A DNA stretch of 42,845 nt. Origin: Tubiluchus corallicola. Taxonomy: Eukaryota; Animalia; Priapulida. A program made the position numbers and the translations under genes. The notes under the pieces are model-generated. The model was not told where the DNA came from. It saw nothing but the letters and a program-made list of their open reading frames with translations, and ran no database searches. The stretch covers positions 1 through 42,845 of the forward strand of contig JAQGDQ010001394.1 in NCBI GenBank assembly GCA_030141605.1, read 5' to 3'. Shown piece after piece: positions 23,540 to 35,581 of this stretch (the stretch's first letter is position 1; the number at the start of each line of letters is the position of its first letter).

Positions 23540-25303
23540 CTGCAAGTGTTGTATGTTCAAGAATGTGCACATTGCTTGTATAATCTCCCCGGCTAAATCC
23601 ATGTCATCAGTATGAATGATCATTTTACCACCCATTTGATATTCGAAACCTAAACCTTCTTTATTGCGAATCGACACGAAATTAACGCGGAGTGTCCCGG
23701 AACTTTCCAGATCTTCGTTGAGAAGAAAGTTCTGGTTTATCCACATGATCACTCGTTGAACGCGCTCGTTGATTTGAAACGTGACCGACCCCGTACAGGT
23801 CAACTGCGTCGACGAGTCCAAGAGCGAGTAACTGGCAAATCGACACAACTGTCTGGTGAGTTCAAACACGTGGTATTGAGAAGAACTACGACTGCCGACG
23901 AACGCTTTGATGTGCAGATCTACTTGAGTGTCCTTCGACGGCAATAAGGGAACGATTACAGAGTTGGACAGTCGACCAGAGAACGGATGGACAACATGGC
24001 TCTCACCTTCAAAAATCCCCTCAGCAAATATGAGCACGGCTCGAATGATACAGTCATTCGATGTCGATATCGACAGTTGCACGTGAGGTTTGAGCAACGC
24101 CGGATCTATGACACCCTCCTCACTTACTCCCATCGACACGAGCAATGTGGTCTGCAGTTGTGTATTTGCCGGTATGATTCCCACGTCGGATCCATCTATC
24201 GCTAGCAGTCCGCTTGGACGTACGATAGCAGCAGCTTTGGCATTTTCTTCATAATTAGCAATCTCTAGAAGAAGATTCTGCCTTCGCTGACTGAGGTCAC
24301 GTATCGTCTCTTGTTCTACGTTTAAATCCATCAAGTTCCCCTTCATCTCCGGAGCAGAAGGCAAATAACCCTTGACGTCACCCTCTACGGAGCAACAAAT
24401 TAGCTGCGTGGATCCATCCATGCGGTAATCACCCTCCACTATTCCGGCTGCCGAACAGGTAAAATTATCTTTGAAAACGACTTCTCCCGTTCGATCACTT
24501 CTTGCATCCACTTTTCCGTTGTTCCAACCCGTGATGAGCTCTGGCACACCATCAGCATCTAAGTCAAATCCATGTATAGCGACAGCTTGGTTTTTCGACT
24601 TGATTCTCCAATTACGCGCCGATTTGTCATAAACTCCAACTGTACCGTTCGACAGAGCATACCCAAATCTGCTTCCCTGCAGCGTGCAAAGATCTGTGAT
24701 GGCATCCGTTTCTGTCACTTCAGATATTAAAACTTCATTTTCAAAAACTCGCAAGTCAAAATCCTCTGAACCCACTAGCAACTGGTTCACTCCATTACCC
24801 GAATAGTCGCACAAAGCAAGGGAACAAATATTATCACCTGTGACCGTCCAATAAACGTCTTCACCTCGAAAATCATACCCTTGAATAGAACAATTGCCGC
24901 CAAGTATGGCTAACGGCATTTCCAAGTTACCCAAGTTACCAATGACTATAGAATTTACCCCATCCAAAACGTCTTTGTGAAAAATATCAGACTCGTTCTC
25001 CACATCATATGCCAAAACGTTAGATTGTGTGCCTACAATGAGAGTATCTTTTCCCGACTGATGACTTAATCGACCAGCTGCCAAAGCAGTAATACCCTGA
25101 TTTATGTTTAGAAAAGAAAGATCGGCTGTAGCTTCACTATACGCTGCGCTGGAACGTTTTGTAACATGTGGATGATGTATTATTACTCTGCCGCCTATAG
25201 TTGCTGCAGCTAAGCTAGGATGCACACCATCATACTTTCCTAACGTCACCATACGCGGAAGAATCCGATGCTTTAGCTTAAGACTAAATACCGGCACTAA
25301 CAT
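23540..25303 (-). CDS. BBS2: Bardet-Biedl syndrome 2 protein, coding exon 1 (588 codons)
   Basis: MLVPVFSLKLKHRILPRMVTLGKYDG..., WTVTGDN, LLVGSEDFDLRVF, FGYALSNGTVGVY, WRIKSKN, DGVPELITGW, HVFELTRQLCRF are BBS2 hallmarks; donor CAG|GTAATA; total 727 aa. Confidence 0.96.
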
Positions 25304-26758
25304 TGTGTTGCAATTAAGACGCAATTAAATTTTACTAAAATATTTCGTAAAACATAAACAGTTTTTGAACACTAAAATGTTTAACATTATTTTGTCGGTA
25401 AAAAATGTTTACCATCACGACAGAACCAACGCAAAGGCGTGAATGATGATAAGAGTGTTGCGCAAACAAGATTTAAGGACTTCCCATGGTACTTTTACCA
25501 AACAAACCTCCCTTTGAGAACGTAATCACTGCAGGCATTAATTATTGGAAATTATCAAAAAAAAAACAATATAATAATTAAACATCCAAGATAATTATCA
25601 CGTTAAGATATACGTATATAATTACTATTTACAGAAGAGTAGAACTAGTTATATCCGCTGCAGCTGTAAGAGAAATTTGGGATAAAAAAATTTCACTAAT
25701 GGCAGCCAATTGACAAACCACTAGTCAATAGTTATCAGAGAAATTAATAATTTTTCACACAAAAAAGATGAAAATCTGGTGATTGGCGAAGCTTGACGAT
25801 GTATTCATTATCAACACTTTACTAACACTGCCTTTTCTATCTTTCCGAATCACAACGCTGGCTACATTAAGAGTATATTTACTTTAACTTCACAAATGTT
25901 AGTGAAGTACATTAATACTAATATGCCTGTGTTGTCTTCATTCCACTAATCCTGTCTATTCCACTAATTAATTTATAATCATTCTTTTCTACTTTTTATA
26001 ATAAAAAAGTTTTGATAAAAAAGTAAAATTTTTATGATAAATATTACGAAATGGTTATGCATTACGAAGTACTTATGCTACCAATCGTATTAATAAATGT
26101 CAAACAGAACAATATGCAAAAGACGTCTAAAATTTACTTTTATATACATTCACTAATGCCAAATTTTTATATCGCAACACAGCTCTAGACACAGTTTTAC
26201 AATGTCAACAGTTTTACATTCAGGGGATGCCTTGCAACATAGTTCTTCAACCAGACTTTATGATAAGTAAAAAATAGGCACTAGTATGACTAAATATTTA
26301 TCAATGATTCTTACCGAAACCACTAAATGTGGCGTCAATACACAAAAATGTTTTATATATCATTACGTAAAAATACTGAGAAGCCTCTCACTACTAATAG
26401 GTCAGTCCGAAGATAAGCACAAGAAATTGCTTCACTAAAGAACTGCAACAATAATTATCTCAGACGACATTACCTGATGGTATTAGGGCTGAAGAACAAA
26501 TTCTTAAGCCGCAAAAAGTGAGCACACGTGGTCATTCAATTATAACAGCGTGAACAATTATTTAACCTCAGAGTATATGGCCATTTCTTGCTTGTTCATC
26601 CTTCAAAAATGTTTGAATATCTATTCGGTAGAATATGAGGTTAATTTCAAGTGTAATCGCTCGTTATTCGTTATGAAACATACGAAATAGACATGAAATT
26701 TCACGAAGTAAAAATAAATGACACAAAAAAAACAAAAAAAAAAGCATTTTTGTCTATA

Positions 26759-27581
26759 CAGTCAAACCACGTTATATTGTAACGCCAGATCTGGGACACC
26801 ACTAGACATGGCACTATAGCTTGGTTGGCGGTAATACAAGGTTCATTAAATATCAAAGCCATTCCAGTCTGTAACTTCTATTTTGTTTCCTAGTTAATTT
26901 TAATGTCATAAATAGTATAATATTATTTTACCTACAACAATGCTATACTGTACATTTTTTACTGCATTAACAAAATTAATGTAGGTGCATATCCACCGCG
27001 GCGCATTACAAAACGTTAAGGTAACACATTGTGGAGTTGCAATCTTGTGAAATACTGTTGTCTCCTGATAACAGAAATATGCCATCCAACCCGTGCTCCC
27101 AAAGTAACATTACTAGATGATTAACTATAAGTAGCTACCGCATATAACTTGACCTTGAGACAAGCAGCTTTTGCAGCTGTTAAATTCACATCAGTTCAGT
27201 ACTGAAGCTTAGCTATGCAACTCTTGTAATGTTAAAATGCATGTTCCTTGCTCAAAACCTCGGTATTCATTTTCATACAGTCATTAGCAACAAGACGTAA
27301 ATCTTAATTCAAACGCCATAACTGTTCAGATGTCATTGTTTGTACAATAGAATGGCTGTTCTTCAGCAAAAGTTCAACGTACTTCATCTTGGCTGCCGTC
27401 CTAACAGGGTAAATTTATTATGTACAATAGACTTTTGGCACGGCAGATACGTGCGCGCATGGTGGTAAATGAGGTTGGCGGTATTCCCTATATTTAATAC
27501 ATTATGGGAAACGGGACAGGCAATAGTTGGCATTTTGGCGGGTTGGTGTTATAACGGAGGCGGTATAACGAGGTTCGACTG
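26759..27581. mobile_element. Tc1/mariner-type MITE downstream of La
   Basis: TA|CAGTCAAACCACGTTATA ... TATAACGAGGTTCGACTG|TA. Confidence 0.8.
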
Positions 27582-27655
27582 TATACAATAACAGCAGTGA
27601 CATGAACATAATTTGACTAAATCAACACGAAAATTGCATTATTAACAATTATATC

Positions 27656-27841
27656 CTTAATCATATAACTCTGAGCTAAATCTTACAGTAGTTTACAGCA
27701 ATTATTACAAGATTTCTGTGCACTACGCATCATCAGTCGTTTTTGCACTTAATCATATAACTCTGAGCTAAATCTTACAGTAGTTTACAGCAGTTATTAC
27801 ATGATTTCTGTGGTGCACTACTCATCATCAGTCGTTTTTGC
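27656..27841. repeat. ~92-bp tandem duplication spanning the La stop codon
   Basis: CTTAATCATATAACTCTGAGCTAAATC...CATCATCAGTCGTTTTTGC starts at both 27656 and 27748. Confidence 0.9.
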
Positions 27842-28903
27842 GCATTTCTCAGCTGTGCGCTTGTCACCATTCGTTTCTTCGGCAGCGCGTTTCACTCCGC
27901 CGCTTGGCGCATCCTCACTTTCATCGCTTTCCGAGTCGCTCTCATCGCTGTCACCAAACTTCGTCTTCTTGTTTTGTGCCTTGCCGGGCGAACCTCTTTT
28001 GCCACGATGGCGGTCACGATTCTGCCTTCCTCCGCGTGACCGTTGGCCATATTTGCCCCTCTGTTTCTTCTTCTGTCTGCTCTCGGCTTGAGCTTCGAAT
28101 CGTTTCTTCCAGTAAGCGATTTCTTCCTCTCCTTCGAGAACTCTACATTCCAACATGGCTCCGTTCAATTCTACTTTGCCTTCGCCGGCCGCTCGTAATT
28201 TTGTCAGCACCTCAGCAGCGCTGACGTCGTCAACAAATCGAACCCAACCTTCCTCATCCCCTTTCGAGAAATCGATGAAACTCACTTTCCCGTAATCTTC
28301 CAGCAAATCTCTAATGGTTTCACGCGTGGTATCGGACGAAAAACCGGACATGTGAATCACAATACCCTTCTGCATCTTCTCCACCACCTGCTGCTTTTCA
28401 ATCAGCTTTTTTTCCTGCTCAAGTTTCATGGTTATCTCAGCTTTCTTCTGAGCTCGTTCCACTTGTTTTTTTGTATAATAAGCGTCCTTGAATAATCGCA
28501 ACAAGTCGCTTTCCAAATATTTCACATCCGGTTCGTTAACAAACTTATCAGCATCTTCTTTCTTCTCGAATGTCATAAACACTGAACCCTTGAACTTTTT
28601 TTCAATATTTCTACGCAACGTAATCTGTTCGGTTGGACCAAAATCACTCAAGAATGTTTGAACGTCTTCTAGTGTAGCATCTAGCGGAAAACCTTTGGCG
28701 TACACGCTTCTTGCTTTCAGACTGTCTCTCCACTCTTTTGTGTTTTCGGGTAACGGAATGTCGGGAGAGCGACGTATCTTGGTCTTGTCTTCGCTTACCA
28801 CAACCAGCTGCTTGGGAGAGTTTGTCAGAGCTGAAACAATCACAGCCTTATCCTCCGTTAAAGCACGAAGCCTGTTGAACTTCAACATCACATCCAAGGA
28901 AAC
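27818..28903 (-). CDS. SSB: La autoantigen, coding exon 2 (rest of La motif, RRM1, RRM2, basic/acidic tail)
   Basis: CTGTAG| VSLDVMLKFNRL..., RSVYAKGFP, FKGSVFMTF (RNP1), second RRM, KKTKF and GVKR tail motifs. Confidence 0.94.
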   Translation of the reverse strand, partial: VSLDVMLKFNRLRALTEDKAVIVSALTNSPKQLVVVSEDKTKIRRSPDIPLPENTKEWRDSLKARSVYAKGFPLDATLEDVQTFLSDFGPTEQITLRRNIEKKFKGSVFMTFEKKEDADKFVNEPDVKYLESDLLRLFKDAYYTKKQVERAQKKAEITMKLEQEKKLIEKQQVVEKMQKGIVIHMSGFSSDTTRETIRDLLEDYGKVSFIDFSKGDEEGWVRFVDDVSAAEVLTKLRAAGEGKVELNGAMLECRVLEGEEEIAYWKKRFEAQAESRQKKKQRGKYGQRSRGGRQNRDRHRGKRGSPGKAQNKKTKFGDSDESDSESDESEDAPSGGVKRAAEETNGDKRTAEKCAKTTDDE

Positions 28904-29051
28904 CTACAGAGAAAAAACTTTAAAGCTACAGAAGGAGTACATTTAAAAACTCACAGACAGCTATTATAAGACAAGTTAAGCGTGCAACAATCAATAAACT
29001 GCTACAAAATCAATGAGGGAAATCTTCACTTCTTGCAACAATAAGACTGTA

Positions 29052-30230
29052 CAGTAAGTCCTCGCTTAACGACTCCCCGTTTAGCGACGTTTCGTTTTAA
29101 CTATGCTGATCTATTTGACACCTTTTTTCAGTTAACGACGCACTGTTTCGTTTTAACGTCAATTTTTTTGCCTTACACAGAGAGAATTTTTATTTAGTCA
29201 ACAACTTTTTTACTCAATTTGATGCCTTAAAGGACAAGAAAAGGCAAGTTAATGCAAGTCTCAGAAAATTTTCGTTAAAAAATTATAACTGTTAGAGGCA
29301 ATCTTACGCGTTTATCATACTCACGTTAAAGGAATTTCCAATTTGTTTTCATTTTAAATACTCCCGCGAGACTGTCACGGCGGCACAATATTAGATGGCG
29401 TCACAGAACCACAGCACAAAGATTTATAGTACACGTGTTCAGAACTCACTGCGACTGTGTTCGATTGATGTCATGCCACGTGATCAGTCACGTGCTGGCT
29501 TTTCAATTGGCAGACTAAATGAAACATGTCAGCGCCAACATTTATTGCAGTGGTTGAAATATTTTACAAAATTTGAGTAAATGTGAAAAAGTACTTTATT
29601 CACTTAAGATTATATTTAGGTGATATAATTTTTATTGCTAATTTTCTGAGGCTTACTTTGGTTGGCCATTTTCTTGTCCATTAAAACAGTAGATATTGCA
29701 TTATTCTGTTCTAAAAATGCACTAGTAACGTCAACACTGCAATCATGAAATAAGTACATACATTTTTGCTTCCCGACTGAGCACTAAATGGTAGCCATTT
29801 GTATCAAGAGAGACCAGGAAGCAAACTTTATGTGAAGGAATTTTGCCTGCAACCTGTTGTTATAACTGGCAGTCTAATGCATATTAAGTTTCTAGATAAA
29901 ATTCCCAAGGTCGACCCAGTGCTTGGCTTTGACTCTGCTGCAGTGTTTCTTGGTCAACCGCTGCCTAGACTTAAACATCAACTAAAGAGAAGCTGCCAGC
30001 TAAGAAAGTAAGATGTATAGGTGGTTTTTCCAGCAAGCAGAAAGAAATTAATTAGTAGAAACATTGTTAAATGAACATTGTTTAACGTTGTTAAATGAAG
30101 TCAAGTAATACAATACAGCAAGTACTCGTTTAACGATGCTAATGCATTCCAGCAAAATGTGACGTCAAATAGTGTAAAAGAATTGGGGTACGTTTCAGAA
30201 GCAAAAATTAATGCTGCTTAAATCATATAA
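29052..30230. mobile_element. Rearranged relative of the 12825-13486 Tc1/mariner MITE
   Basis: TA|CAGTAAGTCCTCGCTTAACGAC at 29052; internal GCAAACTTTATGTGAAGGAATTTTGCCTGCAACC is the reverse complement of ~13185-13220; a second end-like piece sits at ~30116. Confidence 0.7.
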
Positions 30231-30380
30231 ACTAAACGGTGTTGCTGCTGACACAAGCTCTGAGCGCAGTAAGACAGCAGGCAATTTATACAAGATTTCA
30301 AGACAATTTTTAATATTATGCCGGCAAAGGGTTTTCTTGTGCTTTATAAAATCCTAATGCAAGATTAAATTTCTCCTTCA

Positions 30381-31636
30381 ACACGGGGCAGTAATCACTT
30401 TAACCCATTTAACAGCTAAGAGTAGGAATGCACAACATCAACACAGGACAGTAATCACTTTAACCCATTTAACAGCTAAGAGTAGGAATGCACAACATCA
30501 ACACGGGACAGTAATCACTTTAACCCATTTAACAGCTAAGAGTAGGAATGCACAACATCAACACGGGACAGTAATCACTTTAACCCATTTAACAGCTAAG
30601 AGTAGGAATGCACAACATCAACACAGGACAGTAATCACTTTAACCCATTTAATAGCTAAGAGTAGGAATGCACAACATCAACACGGGACAGTAATCACTT
30701 TAACCCATTTAACAGCTAAGAGTAGGAATGCACAACATCAACACGGGACAGTAATCACTTTAACCCATTTAACAGCTAAGAGTAGGAATGCACAACATCA
30801 ACACAGGACAGTAATCACTTTAACCCATTTAACAGCTAAGAGTAGGAATGCACAACATCAACACATGACAGTAATCACTTTAACCCATTTAACAGCTAAG
30901 AGTAGGAATGCACAACATCAACACATGACAGTAATCACTATAACCCATTTAACAGCTAAGAGTAGGAATGCACAACATCAACACAGGACAGTAATCACTT
31001 TAACCCATTTAACAGCTAAGAGTAGGAATGCACAACATCAACACAGGACAGTAATCACTTTAACCCATTTAATAGCTAAGAGTAGGAATGCACAACATCA
31101 ACACGGGACAGTAATCACTTTAACCCATTTAACAGCTAAGAGTAGGAATGCACAACATCAACACAGGACAGTAATCACTTTAACCCATTTAACAGCTAAG
31201 AGTAGGAATGCACAACATCAACACGGGACAGTAATCACTTTAACCCATTTAACAGCTAAGAGTAGGAATGCACAACATCAACACATGACAGTAATCACTT
31301 TAACCCATTTAACAGCTAAGAGTAGGAATGCACAACATCAACACGGGACAGTAATCACTTTAACCCATTTAACAGCTAAGAGTAGGAATGCACAACATCA
31401 ACACGGGACAGTAATCACTTTAACCCATTTAACAGCTAAGAGTAGGAATGCACAACATCAACATGACAGTAATCACTTTAACCCATTTAACAGCTAAGAG
31501 TAGGAATGCACAACATCAACACGGGACAGTAATCACTTTAACCCATTTAACAGCTAAGAGTAGGAATGCACAACATCAACACATGACAGTAATCACTTTA
31601 ACCCATTTAACAGCTAAGAGTAGGAATGCACAACAT
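30381..31636. repeat. 60-bp minisatellite, ~21 near-identical copies, in the La intron
   Basis: Unit ACAC(G/A)(G/T)GACAGTAATCACTTTAACCCATTTAACAGCTAAGAGTAGGAATGCACAACATCA; one 58-bp unit at 31461. Confidence 0.97.
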
Positions 31637-31638
31637 AC

Positions 31639-32025
31639 CCAACCACCATCAATCTTAATCTGTTCTTGCAGAAACTTATCTCTGCTGAGATTCATGTTGC
31701 CGAAATAATACTCAATTTGCGTTGCAACTTTCTCCTCCAGCTGTTTCATGTCGTCTGCGTCGTTTATATGTCCCTTGTCGACGGTAGCAACACTACTCTT
31801 CTCATTTTCACCTGCTTCCGCAATTCGTTTACAGTCCCCTGCATCATCAACATGTTTCACTGATTCTTCGGGAATATCAGCATGAGTACCCCGCGCATCT
31901 CCTGCGCCGGTGCTTTCACTAAAGTTTTTAGCCGATTCTCTTGCGCCCTTCTGACCACCTGGTGTGTCTCCAACCACTTTCTCTGATTGCTCGTCAACTT
32001 CAGTATTACTAATATCCTCAGACAT
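31639..32025 (-). CDS. SSB: La autoantigen, coding exon 1 (acidic N-terminal extension + start of La motif)
   Basis: MSEDIS...[34 protein letters not shown] |GTATGT. An acceptor TTCTAG at 32066 implies an upstream non-coding exon. Confidence 0.93.
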
Positions 32026-32464
32026 GATTACTAAAGTACTAAACACCAAATAGAAGGTGAGTCACCTAGAACAACGAAAAGTTTTTTTTACTTTTTTTAC
32101 CACAAACAAACAGTATGTTTAATTCGATCCATGAGGTGTAATTTTACATTCAGAGAATATGATATTTCGACATCCGTGACAGTTTACTTTAACGTTGAAT
32201 AATTTTCCGAATCTGATAATATGATACCTTAAAAGAGAACAAAAACAATCGTGTACACATTATGATTAGTTGAAAGAAAAGTATGCTCTAAAATATTGAC
32301 AACGACAATAGCATCAGTGTTTGTCTGTAACGTCAGTGTGCTGTAAAGCTTAGTTTCGTGACATCCGATGAGCGTCTTACAGCAAACGTGCTTCACGTGC
32401 AAGGAAGATGCCTACCACTGCACAAACTGTGTTTAGTTTGTAATGTAAGTGATAGCTGTATTTG

Positions 32465-33779
32465 CAGGGCACTTTATTTATGACTTTTCTTGCAAAATAG
32501 TCATAAATAGTCATAAATAAGATTTCAAATTTGTCATAAATAACGAAAGAAAAATAATCATTTCCCGATGAATGGAACAAAAAATTCAGTACAGAAAACT
32601 GTTTCCACCGTCTCTCTCTCTCTCTCTCTCCCACACACACAGGCAGTCCATAAGAAGCTTGCGCGTGACTGTTTGGTGGACTAACACAGTAACTGAGACT
32701 GTCTAACTGATGCGTTTATCTGTCATTAACTCGTCTAGAAGCAACCTAAATAATAAAAAGTAAATGAGCGCGTTACCGCGAAAAAATAAATAGGCACCGA
32801 CAGAATCGTTGTCGTTCCATCGAAAATTTGAATTAAAGACAGCTTACCTATTTTAATGTCCTAAAGTTCTGCCGCCTCAAACCTACGCTCTGCACAATAA
32901 CAGAAATCTACACTTCTAATTCTTTTCTTTGCACGTTCATTTCAGTGCCTTTCTCATCCTAGCGGCGTTAGGGGTGAGCATTCTCTACCAGAAAGCGAAT
33001 TCGAATCGAACCGAATTTGTGACTTTCGAATTCGAATCGAACCGAACTTCGATGCTTACCCCTAAGCGGCGTAAGTCAATGGCTTGGGTGTAGGTTTTAG
33101 CTCGAGTTTGCCGCAAGCGTTTCCCGTGCCTTACTGCCTCATCCTCAAGAAATAAGAATAATGCCGTCTGCTAGAATTTGAGCATATTTTATCTTTGGGA
33201 GAATTTGTTGCTTCATTGTCATTAAAATTTAACTGTTTTTCTTGTTTAGTTATTTTGCTTAATGTAATTTTAATTAGAAAACATACGTGACGGTTCCCTA
33301 GAAAGATGTAATAGCCAATAGTATTTTCCAACATTAAATTTAAAATCGATATTTAAAAAATACATTATTTACTTGTACTAATTGTGGCTACGAATTGTGA
33401 CTGTACGAATTAATTAATAGATTGATTTTTATGAGCAGTAATTTTATAGGTCATCCTAAACAAATTAAAACCGATACTATAATTATTATAAACACGATCA
33501 CGGATTTCAGTCTGGAGGGATGCCTGCATGCAAAACAATACGAGAAACTTCAGGCCTTGGAATGATGAAAGTAGACATTTTTATTACATTTTAATGTAAT
33601 GAAGAACGAAGAAAGGCAAAATACAAGATTCTGATTAAAAATATGTATTTCTTTTAGCTCAGGATGGCATTTTTGGTCAAAATTTGACACGTCATAAATA
33701 GTCATAAATAAAATCTGAAATTAGTATTAAATAAGCTATTTATGCAATTTATGACTAAAGTCATAAATAAAGTGCCCTG
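32465..33779. mobile_element. Non-autonomous hAT-type element
   Basis: TIRs CAGGGCACTTTATTTATGACT / AGTCATAAATAAAGTGCCCTG; perfect 8-bp TSD TGTATTTG; subterminal GTCATAAATA repeats. Confidence 0.9.
32969..33064. mobile_element. 96-bp hAT-type mini-MITE nested in the preceding element
   Basis: TIRs TAGGGGTGAGCAT / ATGCTTACCCCTA; perfect 8-bp TSD AGCGGCGT. Confidence 0.88.
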
Positions 33780-35273
33780 TGTATTTGGTTGCGATTAATT
33801 AACTTACCAAGGTAATTATTCGAATACTAGGAACAATTGATAACTTTCATAGGCAAGAAAATTCAAGATATTTTAGACAGTAAATTAAAATAAAATTGAG
33901 TCTAATCAATCGTCTCGTTTTCCTTTAATGCGCACGTGCCTTCAAGAAAGCATAAAACAACTGATAATATTAGACTATAGTTGCAGTCTTTGTAATACAA
34001 CATACATACAGTTGTATTAAATAGCAGACATATCACCAAAAACAATTAAACTTCACTATCTGTACATAAAGATAATGTTTAAACGGGCTTGCGAGATGTA
34101 AAAGGACATGATATTTCGTCCTCTGTGACAGGAGCTATTTTAATGTTGAATAATGTTGCCAATCTGATAACATAAACATAACAAGAGTTTACAATGTCAA
34201 CTGTGATTGGTCAACCGGGGAACAAATAGCAGCTTTCTATTGATCAGGCAAACACGGTCATTATCTACAACGGTACCATGTCAGTCACTCCCTCTTACAA
34301 TACAGCCTGAACTACAGTAAAAAGGCCCAACACCTATCCTTTTCACACCTTCCCACCTAGCCCTAATAAGGTAGCACTTTTTTCTCGCGACGCAATCGTC
34401 ACAGGGCCATTTCCAATGTTAAAAACTTCGCATATAAAAACTAAGGTACCAGCAACGTCAAACAAAGGTTGAATGTAATGCGAAGTAAAAGTACCTTACT
34501 TGTGCACATCCAAAAACACTAAAGTAAAACGATATATATAAGTAAAATATGTGTGGGTATTTGGCGAATATATGAAATCATGCAACACCACAATCATATA
34601 TGACGGCGACCCCGCATAAGGAAAAGCTCGGAAGAAGAAGATATGAAATCATGCAACAAGTTTGCACGCGAATGTACACAGCCTGCAACTCAACTCACAT
34701 AAAAAGCTATTATAAATTATCTAAACTAAAGCTTGCATTGCACCCAAAATTTACCGGTTTGACGATGTTGTGCCCACGCTTTTGTCGGCTGGCTTACGCA
34801 ATAAGCGGCAACTTTGGACTCTTTCCAAAGCGAAAACTTGTCTTATATTTTACCAAACGTCGAAAATTTCTTGTGGGCACAACGAACAATACGTTGTGGG
34901 AAAATGTCTAACAAGTTATTACTTGCTTAATAATAAATTTGGTAGCCTATTGTTCCAACTGTAGTTTGTTGCTGCCCAAAATTTTGTTCAAATAGCATTA
35001 GAGCGCAAAAGATCCATGTTCAATTTTGCATAAAATTAATCTGGTGGTTAGCCATTTCCTGTGCAATATCAAGTTTGAAGATGTTGGCTGTTTTTAATCA
35101 AACATTCAGATAGTTTAACAGTCTGAGACAATAATTGCCAATATCCATAAAAATGCTTTATTTACCCAAGAAAACAGCATAGGGCATTAACTTTTAATGA
35201 ACTTACTTGAAACGCATAGTGCCACAAAAAGTTCTTGACATAAAAATTTGACTATTACAAACATAAAGAATAC

Positions 35274-35580
35274 CTTACCTTAGACCTTAGTCCTTCCTGC
35301 GCATTGATGCACATTGGGCAGACAGCATTTTCCACTGAGTTCTATCGGCGGCTTCGTTCTCTACGTTTTCCCAACGTATGTTGACAGCTCGAAGGTCTCG
35401 GCTTTGACCTAGCATCGTCATAACATGGGTCGAACTTTCTGCTTTGTGCCGATTTGTGTCAGTAGATTTGTTTCTGTCTGTTTCTGTAGCAATTGAGAAC
35501 TTTTACAGGATAGGGGTGCTAACCCTAAGCCCAACCCTCCTCCTCTCTCAACCGGGCTTGGGACCGGCTATGGCGGAGTT
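35274..35580 (-). mobile_element. 307-bp non-autonomous RTE-derived retroelement headed by a twister ribozyme
   Basis: 15-bp TSD AAACATAAAGAATAC (35259-35273, 35581-35595). 3' half encodes an RTE-like ORF end SRDLRAVNIRWENVENEAADRTQWKMLSAQCASMRRKD*, followed by a TAAGG-repeat tail. Confidence 0.88.
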
Positions 35581-35581
35581 A
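35529..35581 (-). ncRNA. Twister self-cleaving ribozyme (P1 type)
   Basis: Minus strand U|AA-CUCC-GCC-AUA-G-CCGG-UCCCAAGC-CCGG-UUGAGAGA-GGAG-GAGGG-UUGGGC. P2 CUCC/GGAG, P4 CCGG/CCGG, L4 UCCCAAGC and GAGGG match the twister consensus. Confidence 0.85.

Noticed and set aside
25304-25324. ORF-track starts for BBS2 (25324) and La (32049, 28897)
   Set aside because: These are TTG starts; eukaryotic ATG and splice-site logic give 25303, 32025 and an acceptor at 28903.
27651-27658. ATATCCTT as an AT-AC U12 donor
   Set aside because: Lies antisense to the La 3' UTR with no associated exon; chance match.
30865-31708. 210-aa repeat protein, or a CRISPR-like array
   Set aside because: Stop-free frame of a 60-bp minisatellite antisense in the La intron; there are no unique spacers and no cas genes.
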